Positions 43,030 through 56,447 of a stretch of 64,000 nucleotides of DNA are shown in pieces (the stretch's first letter is position 1; every line of letters starts with the position of its first letter). The notes below the pieces were generated by a model. That model saw nothing but the letters and a program-made list of their open reading frames with translations, made no database searches and was not told the DNA's origin. The translations under genes and the position numbers were made by a program. The DNA comes from Octopus vulgaris (Eukaryota), in contig OX597842.1 of the NCBI GenBank assembly GCA_951406725.2, positions 3,720,001 through 3,784,000 of the forward strand, written 5' to 3'.

Positions 43030-43337
43030 TTATTGTAATATTTCAGGACGGTCATTTTTGTTTTTTGCCAAATAAACATACACACTGTGCATTCGTTCTT
43101 CACTTCAGCTATAGACACTAAAATAGGAACAATAATAAATAAAACAGAAAGGATAAGCGGAGCAGGAACACAGACGAGAACGGAAAGTATCGCTGAAGAG
43201 GTCACAGATGTGTGACGAAAGATTTCTAGACAATGGACATGAGTTAGAATAAGAACAATAATAAACGAGTGAAGAACGAATATATAGTGCGTGTGTTTAT
43301 TTGGGGGAAAATGGCCACCTCGAAATACAACAATAAA
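43030..43337 (+). mobile_element. Element with inverted ends and a hammerhead motif
   Basis: Arms about 43030-43105 / 43267-43337. CTGAAGA G GTCACA-GATG-TGTGAC GAAA GATT TC^ at 43193-43226. Stem I is poor. Confidence 0.65.
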
Positions 43338-43403
43338 TATAATAATGCCTGCTTCAAGACACGATTCACATCAAGAATCTTGCAAAACAAATACATGAAC
43401 GTG

Positions 43404-43525
<122 letters not shown>

Positions 43526-43534
43526 GTGTGTGTG

Positions 43535-43800
43535 GACAATTATTCGGTTGCTATAATAAGCGAGTTTCGGATGTCGGGGCAGAAACTTAATCCGGCATCT
43601 CGTCAGTTATCGAAGCAATCAAAATTATTTTGATTGCCTCGATAACATACGAGATGCTGGAGCAAGTTTCCGTCCTGACATCCGAAACTCGGAGTTTTAT
43701 CATGGCTACCGAATAATTGTCACATATTATATTTACAGATAAATTCCTCTATATACATAATATCGAGGTATCTTTCATTCCTTTATTGTCTTACCATTAC
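43535..43800. mobile_element. Fold-back element with two oppositely oriented hammerhead copies
   Basis: Left arm (-): GATAA CTGACGA GATG...CATCC GAAAC. Right arm (+): GATAA CATACGA GATG...CATCC GAAAC TCGGA GTT^ TTATC. Confidence 0.75.
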
Positions 43801-43853
<53 letters not shown>

Positions 43854-44099
43854 GATTAGGTAGGCGTAATTCGTCCCTACTTTTCAATCTTAGTATTAAA
43901 ACTACGTATAGTATTGCTGTAGTGCACATGCTGCATACATTCATACAACAATGTTTTCTTTACGTGCTGTAAAGGTAGAAGTAAATCTCTCTACAACTCA
44001 GTCGCACGTCTGTGATTCGCTTATTTTTTTGTGTGTCTTACTACATAAAGGTCACCAACTGCCTACCCGCTGCCCTAACCAGTGGGCCATTGCGCCTCC

Positions 44100-44156
<57 letters not shown>

Positions 44157-44559
44157 AGTACGATGGTGATGCATGTCCCTCGTTCGCTGATGAGAATTCA
44201 CCAGTTCTTCAATAAACTGAATTATCTGCTCCTGAATTAGCGCTTAAGTGGCTGAACATATGTGTAGCCTTAGCGTAATTCTGAAGCAAATTCAGTGGTG
44301 AGTGGCATGGCTTTACAGGTATGTAGTAGACACAAAGAGAGAGACAAAGGGTGGAAGGTTAGGAAGAGAAGGGGGAACAGGAGTGATAGAAAGAGAAAGA
44401 AATGGACGGGTGGAAAGAAAGTGGTGAGGGGTGCGAGTATGACAGGGAGGGTTAAAGGGAGCTGGTGGGGAGAGAGAATATAAAAGGCGAAGTCGCCTTC
44501 GTCAGGTTGAGAACTCAACATCTCATGAGACTCCATGGATGCAAATGACTGCGTGTTTG

Positions 44560-45575
44560 CATATGTATACATATACATATTTAAACAAACACGCATTCAT
44601 ATATAAACATGCATACAAGTATACATAAATCTATGCACACACACACGCACACATGCACACACACATATATATATATACATACATACTTACAGACATACAA
44701 ACATACATGCATACAAGCATACATATAGTCATAAATACATAACCTACATGTTTACATACTCACATATATTCATACATTCCGTACATACGCACATACATGT
44801 ATAAATACGTACATGCACGCAGGCAGATGTAATATAGACATACATACACTAGATACATATATACGTATATACATAGATACATACATACAAGCATGCATGC
44901 ATACATACTTACGTACATACATACATACATACATACATACATACATGCAAGCATGGTTGCATACATACACACGTACACATACAAACATACATACATTCGT
45001 ACATGCAAGCATTCATGCATACATACGTACGAACGTACATACATACATACATACCTATATACATGCAGGCATGCATGCATACATACATACATACATACGT
45101 ACGTACGTAATGCATACATACATACACGCAAGCATGCATACATACATACGTACATACGTATAAACATACATACGTATAAACATACATACGTACATTCGTA
45201 CGTACATACATGCATACATACATACGTACGTACATACATACATACATAATACATGCATATATACATACATAATTACATACATACACGCATTCATAATACA
45301 TACACACATACACACATTCATGCATAGAAACATACATACGTGCGTAAGTACGTACATACATATAAGACGCATCCTACACTTATACGTGTTCACATAGAAA
45401 CATAAATACAGACATATGTAAGCATAGATACATACATACATTCATAAATACACACATAGAAACACACAGACAGGCATACACAGACATTCAAACATACATG
45501 CATAAACACATACATACATATACATACGTACATATAAACATACATACAACGTATATATATATATGTATGTATACG
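44560..45575. repeat. Degenerate (CATA)n block
   Basis: Direct reading. Confidence 0.93.
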
Positions 45576-45991
45576 CACAGAGCTGGCAAACCATGGTTCA
45601 CCCATTTAACCTCCATCAACCAAACACGAAGCGTTACAAGACTTCACGCCCCCAAACCACATCAAACTACTACAGCGCCCCCTTTTTCATCATTTGACCT
45701 GTAAATAACATCTAATTAAAAGAAATTAATTTCACTACATCATGTGATCATCATCGCTACGGTGCGGAATTCGAGGAATTTTTCTCAAAAACCCTTTAAA
45801 TATGCCCCGATAATCGATTTATTGCGGCATTCCTATAGATTAATGAATGTAGACCCAATAAAAGAAGATAGAAGGATGTAGTGGGGGTGGAGTGAGGAGG
45901 GGGTTGTCACCATCATCATCGTCGTCATCGTCGTCGCCGTCGTCATCATCATCATTATTATTATTATTATTATTCTTATTATTATTATTGA

Positions 45992-46175
45992 AGGCGGCGA
46001 GCTGGCAGAATCGTTAGCACGCCGGGCGAAATCCTTAGCAGAATTTCGTCTATCGCTACGTTGTGAATTCAAATTCTGCCGAGGTTGACTTTGCTTTTCA
46101 TCCTTTCGGGGTCGATAAATTAAGTACCAGTGGAGTAATGGGATCGAATTTCAGGCCTTGTACCTATAGTAGAAA
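45992..46175 (+). mobile_element. SINE family C
   Basis: GGCGGCGAGCTGGCAGAATCGTTAGCACGCCGGGCG head, family C body. Confidence 0.88.
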
Positions 46176-46229
46176 TGATTATCTTTATTATTATTATCAT
46201 TGTTATTTTTTTAATGAAATTTTTATAGC

Positions 46230-46555
46230 TTATTTTTCTGGGTATGATGGAAAGTGTCAGCTGTCCACAACCAGCAGACTAAGGGGACACTTGCTTACTG
46301 GTCATGCGTCAAGAACCCTGAGAAGAACTTTCGCAGTTCCAAGTAATGCTGATTTTTGTAGATGTTCTATCTTTATATTTTGTTCCAATCTCTTTGAGAC
46401 ATGTTGGTAGTTGAGTGCTGAATCTTCCAAATTCACCAATTACTATTGGTACCACATCTACTCCCTTCATTGACCACAATCTTCTTATTTCTCACTTCAA
46501 ATCATCATAGTTGTTCAGTTTTCTTCTTATTTCTCTTTGATCCTATTGAGACCGG
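46230..46555 (-). mobile_element. R4/Dong-clade 3' end
   Basis: EIRRLWSMKGVDVVPIVIG and QKSALLGTAKVL. Confidence 0.8.
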
Positions 46556-47134
46556 GATTATTATTATTATTATTATTAATGAGTGAGAGAGCAGTTCATG
46601 CCATCAAAGTGACACTGGGGTAAAATATGCGAAGCCCAGTATACCCATCATGACTACCCGTCTGATAAGGGTACACCAGGCACATGCATCACAACCATAT
46701 GTGCGTGACATGGTGATCTCATATCAAGATAAACAGCACATGACCTTGCAGGTGGAAGCCCAGTTAAAATTTTCTTCTGGTCGAGTAACCCATCCTGCTC
46801 AAAAGGTTCCTGAATAAGGGTTGTTTAATGATGTTGAACAAAACACCCATGTTTCCAGAGGTGAATTATTCAAACCCCAAAGAATCCCTCTCAACACACG
46901 CTATGATGCTCCCCCACTACTTCTGCTCGTGATCAGAGATGCACATATTGTCAGCCACTAAGGGACATGCTCAACTGGTTAAGGTCAAACAACTGACAAG
47001 CAAATCTGTGGTATTGAGCAGAATATTTGCTGTAGCCCATCTTTTATACCAAGACAAAACAATGTACATGATAACACTTCCAATCAGTTAAGATCAGAAG
47101 CCATGAGAGCCTCTGCCTGGTACACATAATGAAT

Positions 47135-48571
47135 TAGACTGTTGAAAAAGAAAAGATTCCTTGCATCGGACTACCCTTAGATGCCCAGACACCCCCACCT
47201 AAGTATCCTGGCTGTCCATAATATCACTGCTTTCTGGAGCTTTACTAAACTGGGCTTTATGCCTATTTCCTCTGTCCATTTGTTCAACTCTTTAGGGATA
47301 GATCCTAATGCACCTATACCTACTGGGATACATTTTCCCTGCACTTTCTATAGCCTCTTCAACTCAATGCTATTTTGCTATTTTCGTATTTAATTCTCAT
47401 ATTGATTTTCTAAACTTTTAGGTCTGTAAAGTCAGTTACCTGGCACTTTCTATTTTCTTTATCTACTACTACTAAATAAAGCCTTCCAGATTCTATCACT
47501 CTGTCAATCTTGAAGTCCTACATCTTATATCTATTACTATCTAATACTTTACTAGATCCGTGTTCATACCTCTTTTCAGTATGGTCAAATTCTAACTTTT
47601 ACTCAACTCCCAGCGGATTACTCTCACTAAGTTGTTATGTCTTTTCTTATACTCATTCTGCGTCAGCATACTACATTCACTTCTATATGAGTAACATTTT
47701 CCTCCTTTGATTTGCATAACCTACATTGGGAATCTACTTGGTTTTTGTCTACCTTGGCTTTTATCCAATTAGTCCTTAATCCTTGATCCTATGCTGCTAC
47801 TTATAAACTTTCTGTCTCCATTTTCAGCCATTCTTTCTGCAACCATAACCATGTTTCACTACTATTTGTTGCAACTATGTTTGGAAATCTACAATGCTAA
47901 GCGCTCTCCTGACAATCAGTTAACTTTTGTTCTTTTTTCTATTTTTAAGTTCATTTGGCTTTTTTTCGGTTGCTGTGGCTCTTCATAAACTTTCTTCACT
48001 ATTACCTACATAGGAGGCTACATCTATCTTAGCTAACTCCACGTGGTTTTCTATTGATATTAACCCTCTTCCACATTCTTTTCTATGTAAGTATAACATT
48101 GCTACTCCTGTTCTATGATGAAGTCCTCCATTCATATCGAATTTCCTTCAATTGCTTCTATCCAGCTTTGCTAATTATTCAGTTTTTTGTCCAGTCTACA
48201 AAAGCTGATGAGTATCCAAGTAATGATATTGCCGAAGTATTTACAGCCTTCTCTAGATTCGGACAATTTAACTTTGACTTCATTAGTTTTCTCACCTTCC
48301 TGATGTACTCGTTCTCAATTTTCGTTTTCAGTTCTAGAGTTAGTATTCTGTCAGATTCTAATGTTTCCAGACACTCATAACTCTCTCCTTGATTTTAATG
48401 CCTGGCCATCTAGTAATTGGATGCCTTTACTGTTGACTACCTGTCCCCATCTCATGACTAATATTGCGCACTTACCTATGCCAAATTCCATGCCTATGTC
48501 TTTACTGATGCGTCTTACAGTTTGTATTAAGGAATCTATGTTTTTTCATTCTTAATAAATCATCCATGTAG
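47135..48571 (-). mobile_element. Degraded R4/Dong-clade element from the RT YMDD motif to the C-terminus
   Basis: YMDD near 48560-48571, DIGMEFGIGKCAIL, KVRKLMKSKLN, and endonuclease-like C-terminal remnants. Cut upstream by a mariner copy. Confidence 0.82.
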
Positions 48572-49128
48572 AGTGAAGCCGCTTGACAAAGATTGACTTT
48601 GAACCCTGCTGTGCATGCGTACTAAGTTTCGACTTCCTAGCTCACTTTCGCTGTTTACAGCAGTGAGTTATCAGAAGATGTGAAGATTTGTTACGGTTCA
48701 GTTCAGTACATTATCACTGAAGATTTGGGTAGGAGATACGTGTCTGCCAAGTTTGGACCAAAACTGCTTTCAGCTGACCAAGAAGACACTCGGGTTTCAG
48801 TTGCACAAGACCTCTTTGATTGTGTTGAGAACAATGAAAACTTTTTGAAACCTTTGCATAGGCCTCTGAGCAGGTATCACCAAGCTTTTGGCAAAATTTG
48901 ATGCAGATTCTCTGCTCAACTTAATCTGTCGTGGTCAATGCGATGATCACACTCTACACACCTTCCTTCCAAGCACTGCTGTAAACAGTGGAAGTGAGCT
49001 AGAACGTTAGAACTTAGTACATATGCACAGCAGGGTTCAAGGTCAATCTTTACCAAGCGGTTTTACCCTCCGTGTTTTAGCTTCGTTACTATAGCAATAA
49101 TCTGGATAATTTATGATCAGACAACGTT
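48572..49128. mobile_element. mariner-derived non-autonomous element
   Basis: VQYIITEDLGRRYVSAKFGPKLL (WVP-region motif). Inverted ends. Same family as 55135-55991. Confidence 0.85.
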
Positions 49129-49377
49129 CACGCATAATATCATTTTCTACAGCTTTCGGTCAACCCATGCGTTTTCAGTTAAATTTAACAGAGGAAAACT
49201 GTGCGCTGTTTTATTTTTTTTTTTGTGGATTTGATTATTCCTTGTGCTTATTTTAGGTCCGTTATTTTATTCTGTGTTTCTTTACGCCGAACTGTTACAT
49301 TACGGGAACGTAAACAAAACAACACCGTCAAGTGGTAACACAAAGACACATACGGCACACACACAGAGCAAAGCATA

Positions 49378-49600
49378 AGCGCAGGCATGGCTGTTTGGTA
49401 AGAAGTTCGCTTCCCAGTCACACAGTTCTGGGTTCAGTCCCACTGCGTGGCACCTTGGGCAAGTATCTTCTGCTATAGAACCAAGCCGGCCAAAGCTTTG
49501 TGAGTGGATTCGATAGGCGGAAACTGAAAGAAGCCCATTGTGTGTGTGTGTGTCTTTGTGTCTGTCCCATACCACCACCTGACAACCGGTGTTGGTTATC
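49378..49600 (+). mobile_element. SINE family A, 5' half
   Basis: Family A head and body. Confidence 0.85.
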
Positions 49601-49859
49601 TTAGGGGAAAAAATAGAAAACACTCGTCAAAGGTGTCACTGAGCAGGTTTGAACCCGAAACCACGTCATCGCTACACAAACCCCTTAACCACACTGCTAT
49701 CACGGATGTACCTTTGATCCCCTTTCATCTCCCTTTGATCCGAGCTCTATTTCATTCAAGGATGACTTCAGAATTGACAAAAGGGAACACAGAAGAAAGG
49801 ATGAATCAATAACTTGTTGAGTCAGGAAACCCAACATTTAGGGAGCTGTGAGGGTTTGG

Positions 49860-50440
49860 GGTCATGTCGACAGGGGTAGTGGTAGTGATGTTGCTGTTAT
49901 TGCTGTTGTTGTTGGTGGTGGTGGGGATGGAGGTGATGATGATGATGGTAGTGTTGGTTGTGATGGTGGCGTCTCTGGTGGTGGTGGTGGTGATGGTGGT
50001 GGTTGTGGTAGTGATGGCGACGGTGGTAGTAGTGTTAGTAGCAGTTTTGGTGTTGCTGGTGGTTGTTGAGGTGGTAGTAGTGGCTGTGGAAGTGGTGAGG
50101 GAGCTAATAGTAATGGTGGTGATAGTGGTAGTAGTGATGACAGTTGTAGTATTAACCGTAGTAGTGGTGGTGGTGGTGGTGGTGGTGGTGATGGTGATGC
50201 TGATGGTGGCAGTGTGGCGGTAGTGGCGGTGATTTTTGTGGTGGCAGTTGTGACAGTGGTGATGGTTGTGGTTGTGGTGGTGGTGGTGGTGGTGGTGATG
50301 GTGATTGTGATGGTAACGATGATGGTGGTGGTGGTGGTGATGGTGATGGTTGTCGTTATAGTCGTAATGGTGGTGGTTGTGGCTGTAGCACTGGTGGTGG
50401 TGGGGTGTGATTGTGCCGTTGTTGCTGTGGTGCGGTGGTC
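49860..50440. repeat. Degenerate (GGT)n tract
   Basis: Direct reading. Confidence 0.95.
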
Positions 50441-50778
50441 CTTTCCTAAAGAACACGTCAATCCCCGATTCAATTTAAATTCATTTTTGATCCTTAATTA
50501 CAGTTTCAACATTAAATTGACAATTCACCCGCTACCCCTTCCAACCCAACCACCTAAAACTCACCGCTGCCACGTCACCCACCCACCCCATTACTATCCC
50601 CACCATCACTGCATACAGGATCACTACCCACCAGCTGCTACACCTTACCCCTGACCACTCCTCTACCATACTTCAGGTTGAGGATACACTACCTTGCTCG
50701 AAATAATAGCTAAATGTTCCTCAACTCATTTCCTAGTTTCTTCGACGTTTGCTCAACGGAAATTGAAAGAAGCCGGTC

Positions 50779-50816
<38 letters not shown>

Positions 50817-51057
50817 TTTACTCTTCTATTTTTTTCAGTCATTTGATTGTGGCCATGCAGGAGTACCATTTTTTAGTCGAACAAATCGACCCCAGAACTT
50901 ATTCTATCGGTTTCTTTTACCGAACCTCTAAGGTTGGCAAGCGATGGTGCAAGTACAAACACACAAACATATACATATGTATGTATATATATGTATATAT
51001 ATATATATATATATGTATGTGCGTGTGTGTGTGTGTGCATATATATATATATATATC

Positions 51058-51331
51058 ATGTGATTACGTGACCGACCAGGCTATCAGATGTTGCTACACA
51101 TCGCTAGTTTTAGCCTTCAAATGACGCCACCCCGCTGACTAAGCGAGCAGACCAACAGAAGATAGAGTGAAAGAAAGAGTACAGCAGGGATCGCCACCAC
51201 CCCATGCCGGAGCCTCGTGGAGCTTTAGGTGCTTTCGCTCAATAAACACTCACAACGCTTGGTCTGGGAATCAAAACCGTGATCCCACGACCTCGAGTCC
51301 GCTGCCCTAACCACTGGGCCATTGCGCCTCC
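51058..51331 (-). mobile_element. SINE family B, full length
   Basis: tRNA-like head GGAGGCGCAATGGCCCAGTGGTTAGGGCAGCGGACTCG on the minus strand. Confidence 0.9.
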
Positions 51332-51347
51332 ACACACACACATACAT

Positions 51348-51600
51348 ACGACGTGCTTCTTTCAGTTTCCGTCTACCAAATCCACTCACAAGGCTTTGGT
51401 CGGTCCAAGGTTATAGTAGAAGGTACTTGCCCAAGGTGCCACGCAGTGGGACTGAACCCGGAACCATGTGGTTGGTAAGCAAGCTACTTACCACACAGTC
51501 ACTCCTAATCCGAAAGTGACTTTTCTATTAATCCGAACGTGACATCTATATAGTAAATTGATATGGTACCAATAGCAGCTAATTCTCTCTCATATTGCAT
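51348..51600 (-). repeat. SINE A half plus adjoining short repeat, inverted duplicate of about 53677-53990
   Basis: Both copies share the junction CCACACAG.CA.TCCT.ATCCGAAAGTGA and ATCCGAACGTGACATCTATATAGTAAATTGATATGGTAC. Confidence 0.8.
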
Positions 51601-52258
51601 ATATATATATGCGTGTGTATGTGTGTGTGTATTAAATAATGAGGGTAGAAATTGATATTAATCAATTAAAACCAGTGGTTTAGAATATTTTTAAAATTCG
51701 AAGATTTAAAATTATATTACATACAAAATTAAGAGGAATGATCACCAAGGTGGACTTCTAATATGCTAACTATAGACGTCAAATCGCCTTACCACTAAGA
51801 GTATGTTGTCAAGAAAAAAATTTCAGCAAAGCGCCAAAATCTAAAAATCAGAAAGACAAATGAAAATATACGAAATAAAAAACGATTGCCTTGTTAATAT
51901 TTACGAATGTAAATATCTGCACGATCATCAGCATAGTCTGTCGTTTACAAAACACAATTTCCAGAACTAGATACAGAACGCTCATCCGAAAGAGAGTATG
52001 TATGAAGTTCTGCATGTTATATTTGGGGGTATTTTTCAAATGTCTTCATTTTGTTGCGCTGAGGCCGGAAATAACTCTGCAGTTAATACATTTCTACAGC
52101 TAATTTACCGGTTAGAGAAATCATTGATACATAGGTAATCGTTGTTTATTTCGTATATTTTCATTTGTCATTCTCATTTTTACATTCTAGCGTTTTGCTG
52201 AAATTTTTTTTTGAGAACACACTCTTCGTATACATATATGTGTATGTGTGTATGTGTA

Positions 52259-52290
<32 letters not shown>

Positions 52291-52297
52291 CGTGTGC

Positions 52298-52346
<49 letters not shown>

Positions 52347-52723
52347 TATGTATATGTATATATATGTGCATACATTTGTGTGTGTATAAATATATACACA
52401 TAATGGAAAATGTGCTATATACAAAAATGGAGAGGTGCTCACATTTGGAATGCTTGTGATCATATATTTTCAATGCTTGAAAAGTCTTTCCTGGGGTTAA
52501 ATACCAACACCACAACCACCACCACCTTCACTAACACCAATAGGTGGGAGCTTTATGTGGTCTCTCCATCTGCTAGAAATTGCAGCCAAATCTTGCTCAA
52601 CCCCCACCCATACCATCATAAATATATAGAGGATGTAAAAGATGGTAAGGTGGCCACATATGGAAAGCTTTTCACCATATATCGAACCAGTCTGACCTAG
52701 AACTAAACACCACCACCACCATC

Positions 52724-52755
<32 letters not shown>

Positions 52756-53237
52756 CACCATCACCGCCACCAACCCTCAACCATCAAACATTACACATCA
52801 AACACAATTCGCCACTCACTGAGCATTAGTCATTAACCTTCGACCATTGGTCATTGAATGCCCGAACAAAGAATTTCTAAAGGATTTGCAAAAATGTAAT
52901 TAAAAAAAATTATGAAAAATAATTAAAAAATTAAATAATTAATTATACGGTGTGATGGAATGCATGAGTAAAACCTGAAAGGGAGTCCCTTTAGGGGTTC
53001 AAAGAAGTTATTTGTTTCGATGACGTAGTTATCTGTTGCGTGGCTAGAATATTCGCTTTGGCAACCCCGTTGTTGCGGGTTCAATCCCAAGGCAGTTCTG
53101 ATAATCTCGAAACTTATGAGGCCCGTTGTCTGGTTTCCATGATGTAAAAAGATCGATATCTTGAAATCAACAGCCTAACCACAAAGCCACGCGCCTGCGC
53201 CAATCATACATATAAATACAAGATAGTAAGATGTAGT

Positions 53238-53605
53238 GGAGGCGCAATGGCCCAGTGGTTAGGGCAGCGGACTCGCGGTCATAGGAGCGCGGTTTCGATA
53301 CCCAGACCGGGCGTTGTGAGTGTTTATTGAGCGAAAACACCTAAAGCTCCACGAGGCTCCGGCAGGGGATGGTGGTGATCCCTGCTGTACTCTTTCACCA
53401 CAACTTTCTCTCACTCTTATTTCCTGTTTCTGTTGTACCTGTATTTCAAGGTCCCGGCCTTGTCACTCTCTGTATCACGCTGAATATCCCCGAGAAATAC
53501 GTTAAGGGTACACGTGTCTGTTAATTTCACGAGCAGGCTGTTCCGTTGATCGGATCAACCGGAACCCTCTATGTCGTAACCGACGGAGTGCTTCCATCTT
53601 CCATT
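53238..53605 (+). mobile_element. Chimeric SINE (family B head plus family D tail) with TSD
   Basis: TSD TAGTAAGATGTA at 53224-53235 and 53606-53617. (CTTCCAT)2 tail. Confidence 0.88.
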
Positions 53606-53835
53606 TAGTAAGATGTAATGCAAAACATGTAGCTCTTGCACCGATTCCTTCAGATATATCTGCATAAATAGAAGGTTGCGATATGAGAGAGAATTAGCTG
53701 CTATTTGTACCATATCAATTTACTATATAGATGTCACGTTCGGATTGTGTACATCCATGTAATGCGTATGATTTGAGAGAGATTTAGCAGCTATTTCTAC
53801 CGTATCAATTTACAATATAAAAATCACTTTCGGAT

Positions 53836-54016
53836 CAGGATTGGCTGTGTGGTAAGTAGCTTGCTTACCAACCACATAGTTCAGGGTTCAGTCCCACTGC
53901 GTGGTACCTTGGGCAAGTGTCTTCTACTATAACCTCAGGCCGACCAAAACCTTGTGAGCGAATTTGGTAGACGGAAACTAGAAGAAGCCTGTCATATATG
54001 TGTGTGTATGTGGGTT

Positions 54017-54108
<92 letters not shown>

Positions 54109-54363
54109 TGTATGTATGTATGTATGTATGTATGGATGGATGGATGTGTGTGTATATGTTTTTGTGTCTGTATTTCTCCCCCAAACATCGCTTGACAACC
54201 GATGCTGGTGTGTTTACATCCCCGTAACTTAGCGGTTCAGCAAAAGAGACCAATATATATAAGTACTAGGCTTACAAAGAATAAGTCCTGGGGTCGATTT
54301 GCTCGACTAAAGGCGATGCTGCAGCATGGCCACAGTCAAATGAATGAAACAAGTAAAAGAGTA
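53836..54363 (+). mobile_element. SINE family A, full length
   Basis: Complete, with an expanded internal microsatellite. Confidence 0.9.
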
Positions 54364-54519
54364 ACCACAAAATATGTGTGATTTGAGAATGATTTAGCTG
54401 CTATTTCTACCTTATCAATTTACTCTATAGATGGCATCTTCTTGGTTCATATAGATTATATGCATACACGAGATTAATGTATACGAGTGTATATGTATTA
54501 CACACATAGACAGTCACGC

Positions 54520-55110
54520 GTACCTATACATATATGTACACATGTATGTATGTATGTATGTATGTATGTATGTATGTATGTATGTATGCATGCATGTATG
54601 TATGTATGTATGTACGTATGGATGGATGGATGGATGAATGGATAAATGTATGTATGTATGTATGTATGTATGTATGTATGTATGTATGTATGTATGTATG
54701 TATGTATGTTTGTATGTATGTATGTATGTATGTATGTACGTATGGATGGATGGATGGATGAATGGATAAATGTATGTATGTATGTATGTATGTATGTATG
54801 TATGTATGTGTGTATGTATATTTGTATGTATGTATGTAGGTATGTAGTTATGTATGTTTGTATGTATGTATGTTTGTATGTATGTATGTATGTATGTTTG
54901 TATGTATGTATGTATGTATGTTTGTATGTTTGTATGTATGTATGTAGGTATGTATGCATGTATATATGTACGTACGTATGTATGCATGCATGTATGTATG
55001 TATGTATGTAGGTAGGTAGGTATGCATGTATGTGTGTGTGTGCACGCATGTATGTATGTTTGTATGTATGTATGTATGTATGTATGTATGTATGTATGTA
55101 TGTATGTGTA
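54520..55110. repeat. (TATG)n block
   Basis: Direct reading. Confidence 0.96.
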
Positions 55111-55134
55111 CGTTAGCATGTAGGTACGTATGTT

Positions 55135-55991
55135 CGAGGTCTGATCAATAGTAACGAAGCTAAAGCGGGGAGAGTAAAGACGATTGGCACAGATTGACAT
55201 TGAACTCTGTTGTGCATGCGCACTAAGTTTTAACATTGAAGCTCACTTCCGTTGTTTACAGCAGTGCTTGGAAGGAACGTGTGTAGCATGTGTTCGTCAC
55301 ATTGACCATGACAAAGAAAGTCGAGCAAAGAATCAGCATCAAATTTCGCCAAAAACTTGGCGATACCTGTTCAGAGGCCTATGCAAAGTTTTCAAAACGT
55401 TTTCATCGTTTTCAATGAGATCTTGCACAACTGAAACCCGAGTGTTCTTTTGGTCAAGTGGAAACAGTTTTGGCACAAACTTGGTAGACACGTATCTCAT
55501 ACCCAAATCTTCAGTGATAATGGACTGAACTCAACCTTAACTAATCTGGACATCCTCTGATAACCCATGGATGGTGATACGATGATTTCCCCACACAGCT
55601 GCATGCACATCTACAATATTTTTCTCAGTTCTGCTAGTTGCGGGTCTCCCAGACACTATTGACATTTTTTCGGTCATCTTGGAAACGTCTGAACCACTCG
55701 TACATTTGTGTGTGGATCATACACTCCTCTCCATACACTTTCTGCAACTTTGCTTAGGCCCCTGAGCAGTTATCGCCATGACAACTTTCTCTGTCATGGT
55801 CAAGGCGACGATCACACGCTACACACCTTCCTTCCAAGTACTGCTGTAAACAGCGGAAGTGAGCTAGAACATCAAAACTTAGTGCGCATGCACAGAAGAG
55901 TTCAAAGGTTAATCTGTGCCAAGTGACTTCGCTCTGTGTGCTTTAATTCGCTAGTGTGGCAACAGTCCGTATCCTTATCGACCAGACCTCG
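55135..55991. mobile_element. mariner-derived non-autonomous element with long inverted ends
   Basis: TIRs CGAGGTCTGATCAATA / TATCGACCAGACCTCG|TA. Minus strand reads VQSIITEDLGMRYVSTKFVPKL. Confidence 0.9.
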
Positions 55992-56447
55992 TATATATGT
56001 GTGTTTATTTCTGTATGTATGAATGTATGCATGTGTGTATGGGTATGTGTGTATTATGTATGTATGTATGTTTGTGTGTATTTAACCCTAATACACGATG
56101 TACATGTGGTAAAAGACTGATTTCCGCTCACGACATGGGTGGGGGCATTCTGAAATTCAAGTTAGCTCGGTAGTATGTTTTATAAGGCAGGGAGTTGAAA
56201 AATATAAACAGCAATCTTCCTTGGTTCTCCGGGGTCCTTACCGATGTGTCCGCATATTTTTTTCTTATATGCCCTGTATACACACATACGCACGGACACA
56301 CACACACACAGATATAATATTTATCTCTCTCTTTCTCCCTCTCTTTATAGATATATTTATATATTTGTGTGTGTGTGTGTGAGTTAGTACGTGTGTATGT
56401 ATGTATATGTATTTAGATGTATGTATATATATATATATATATATATA

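Noticed and set aside
53238-53312. tRNA gene (also the heads at 26922, 34418 and 45992)
   Set aside because: The cloverleaf is incomplete and each head continues into a repeat body, so these are SINE heads.
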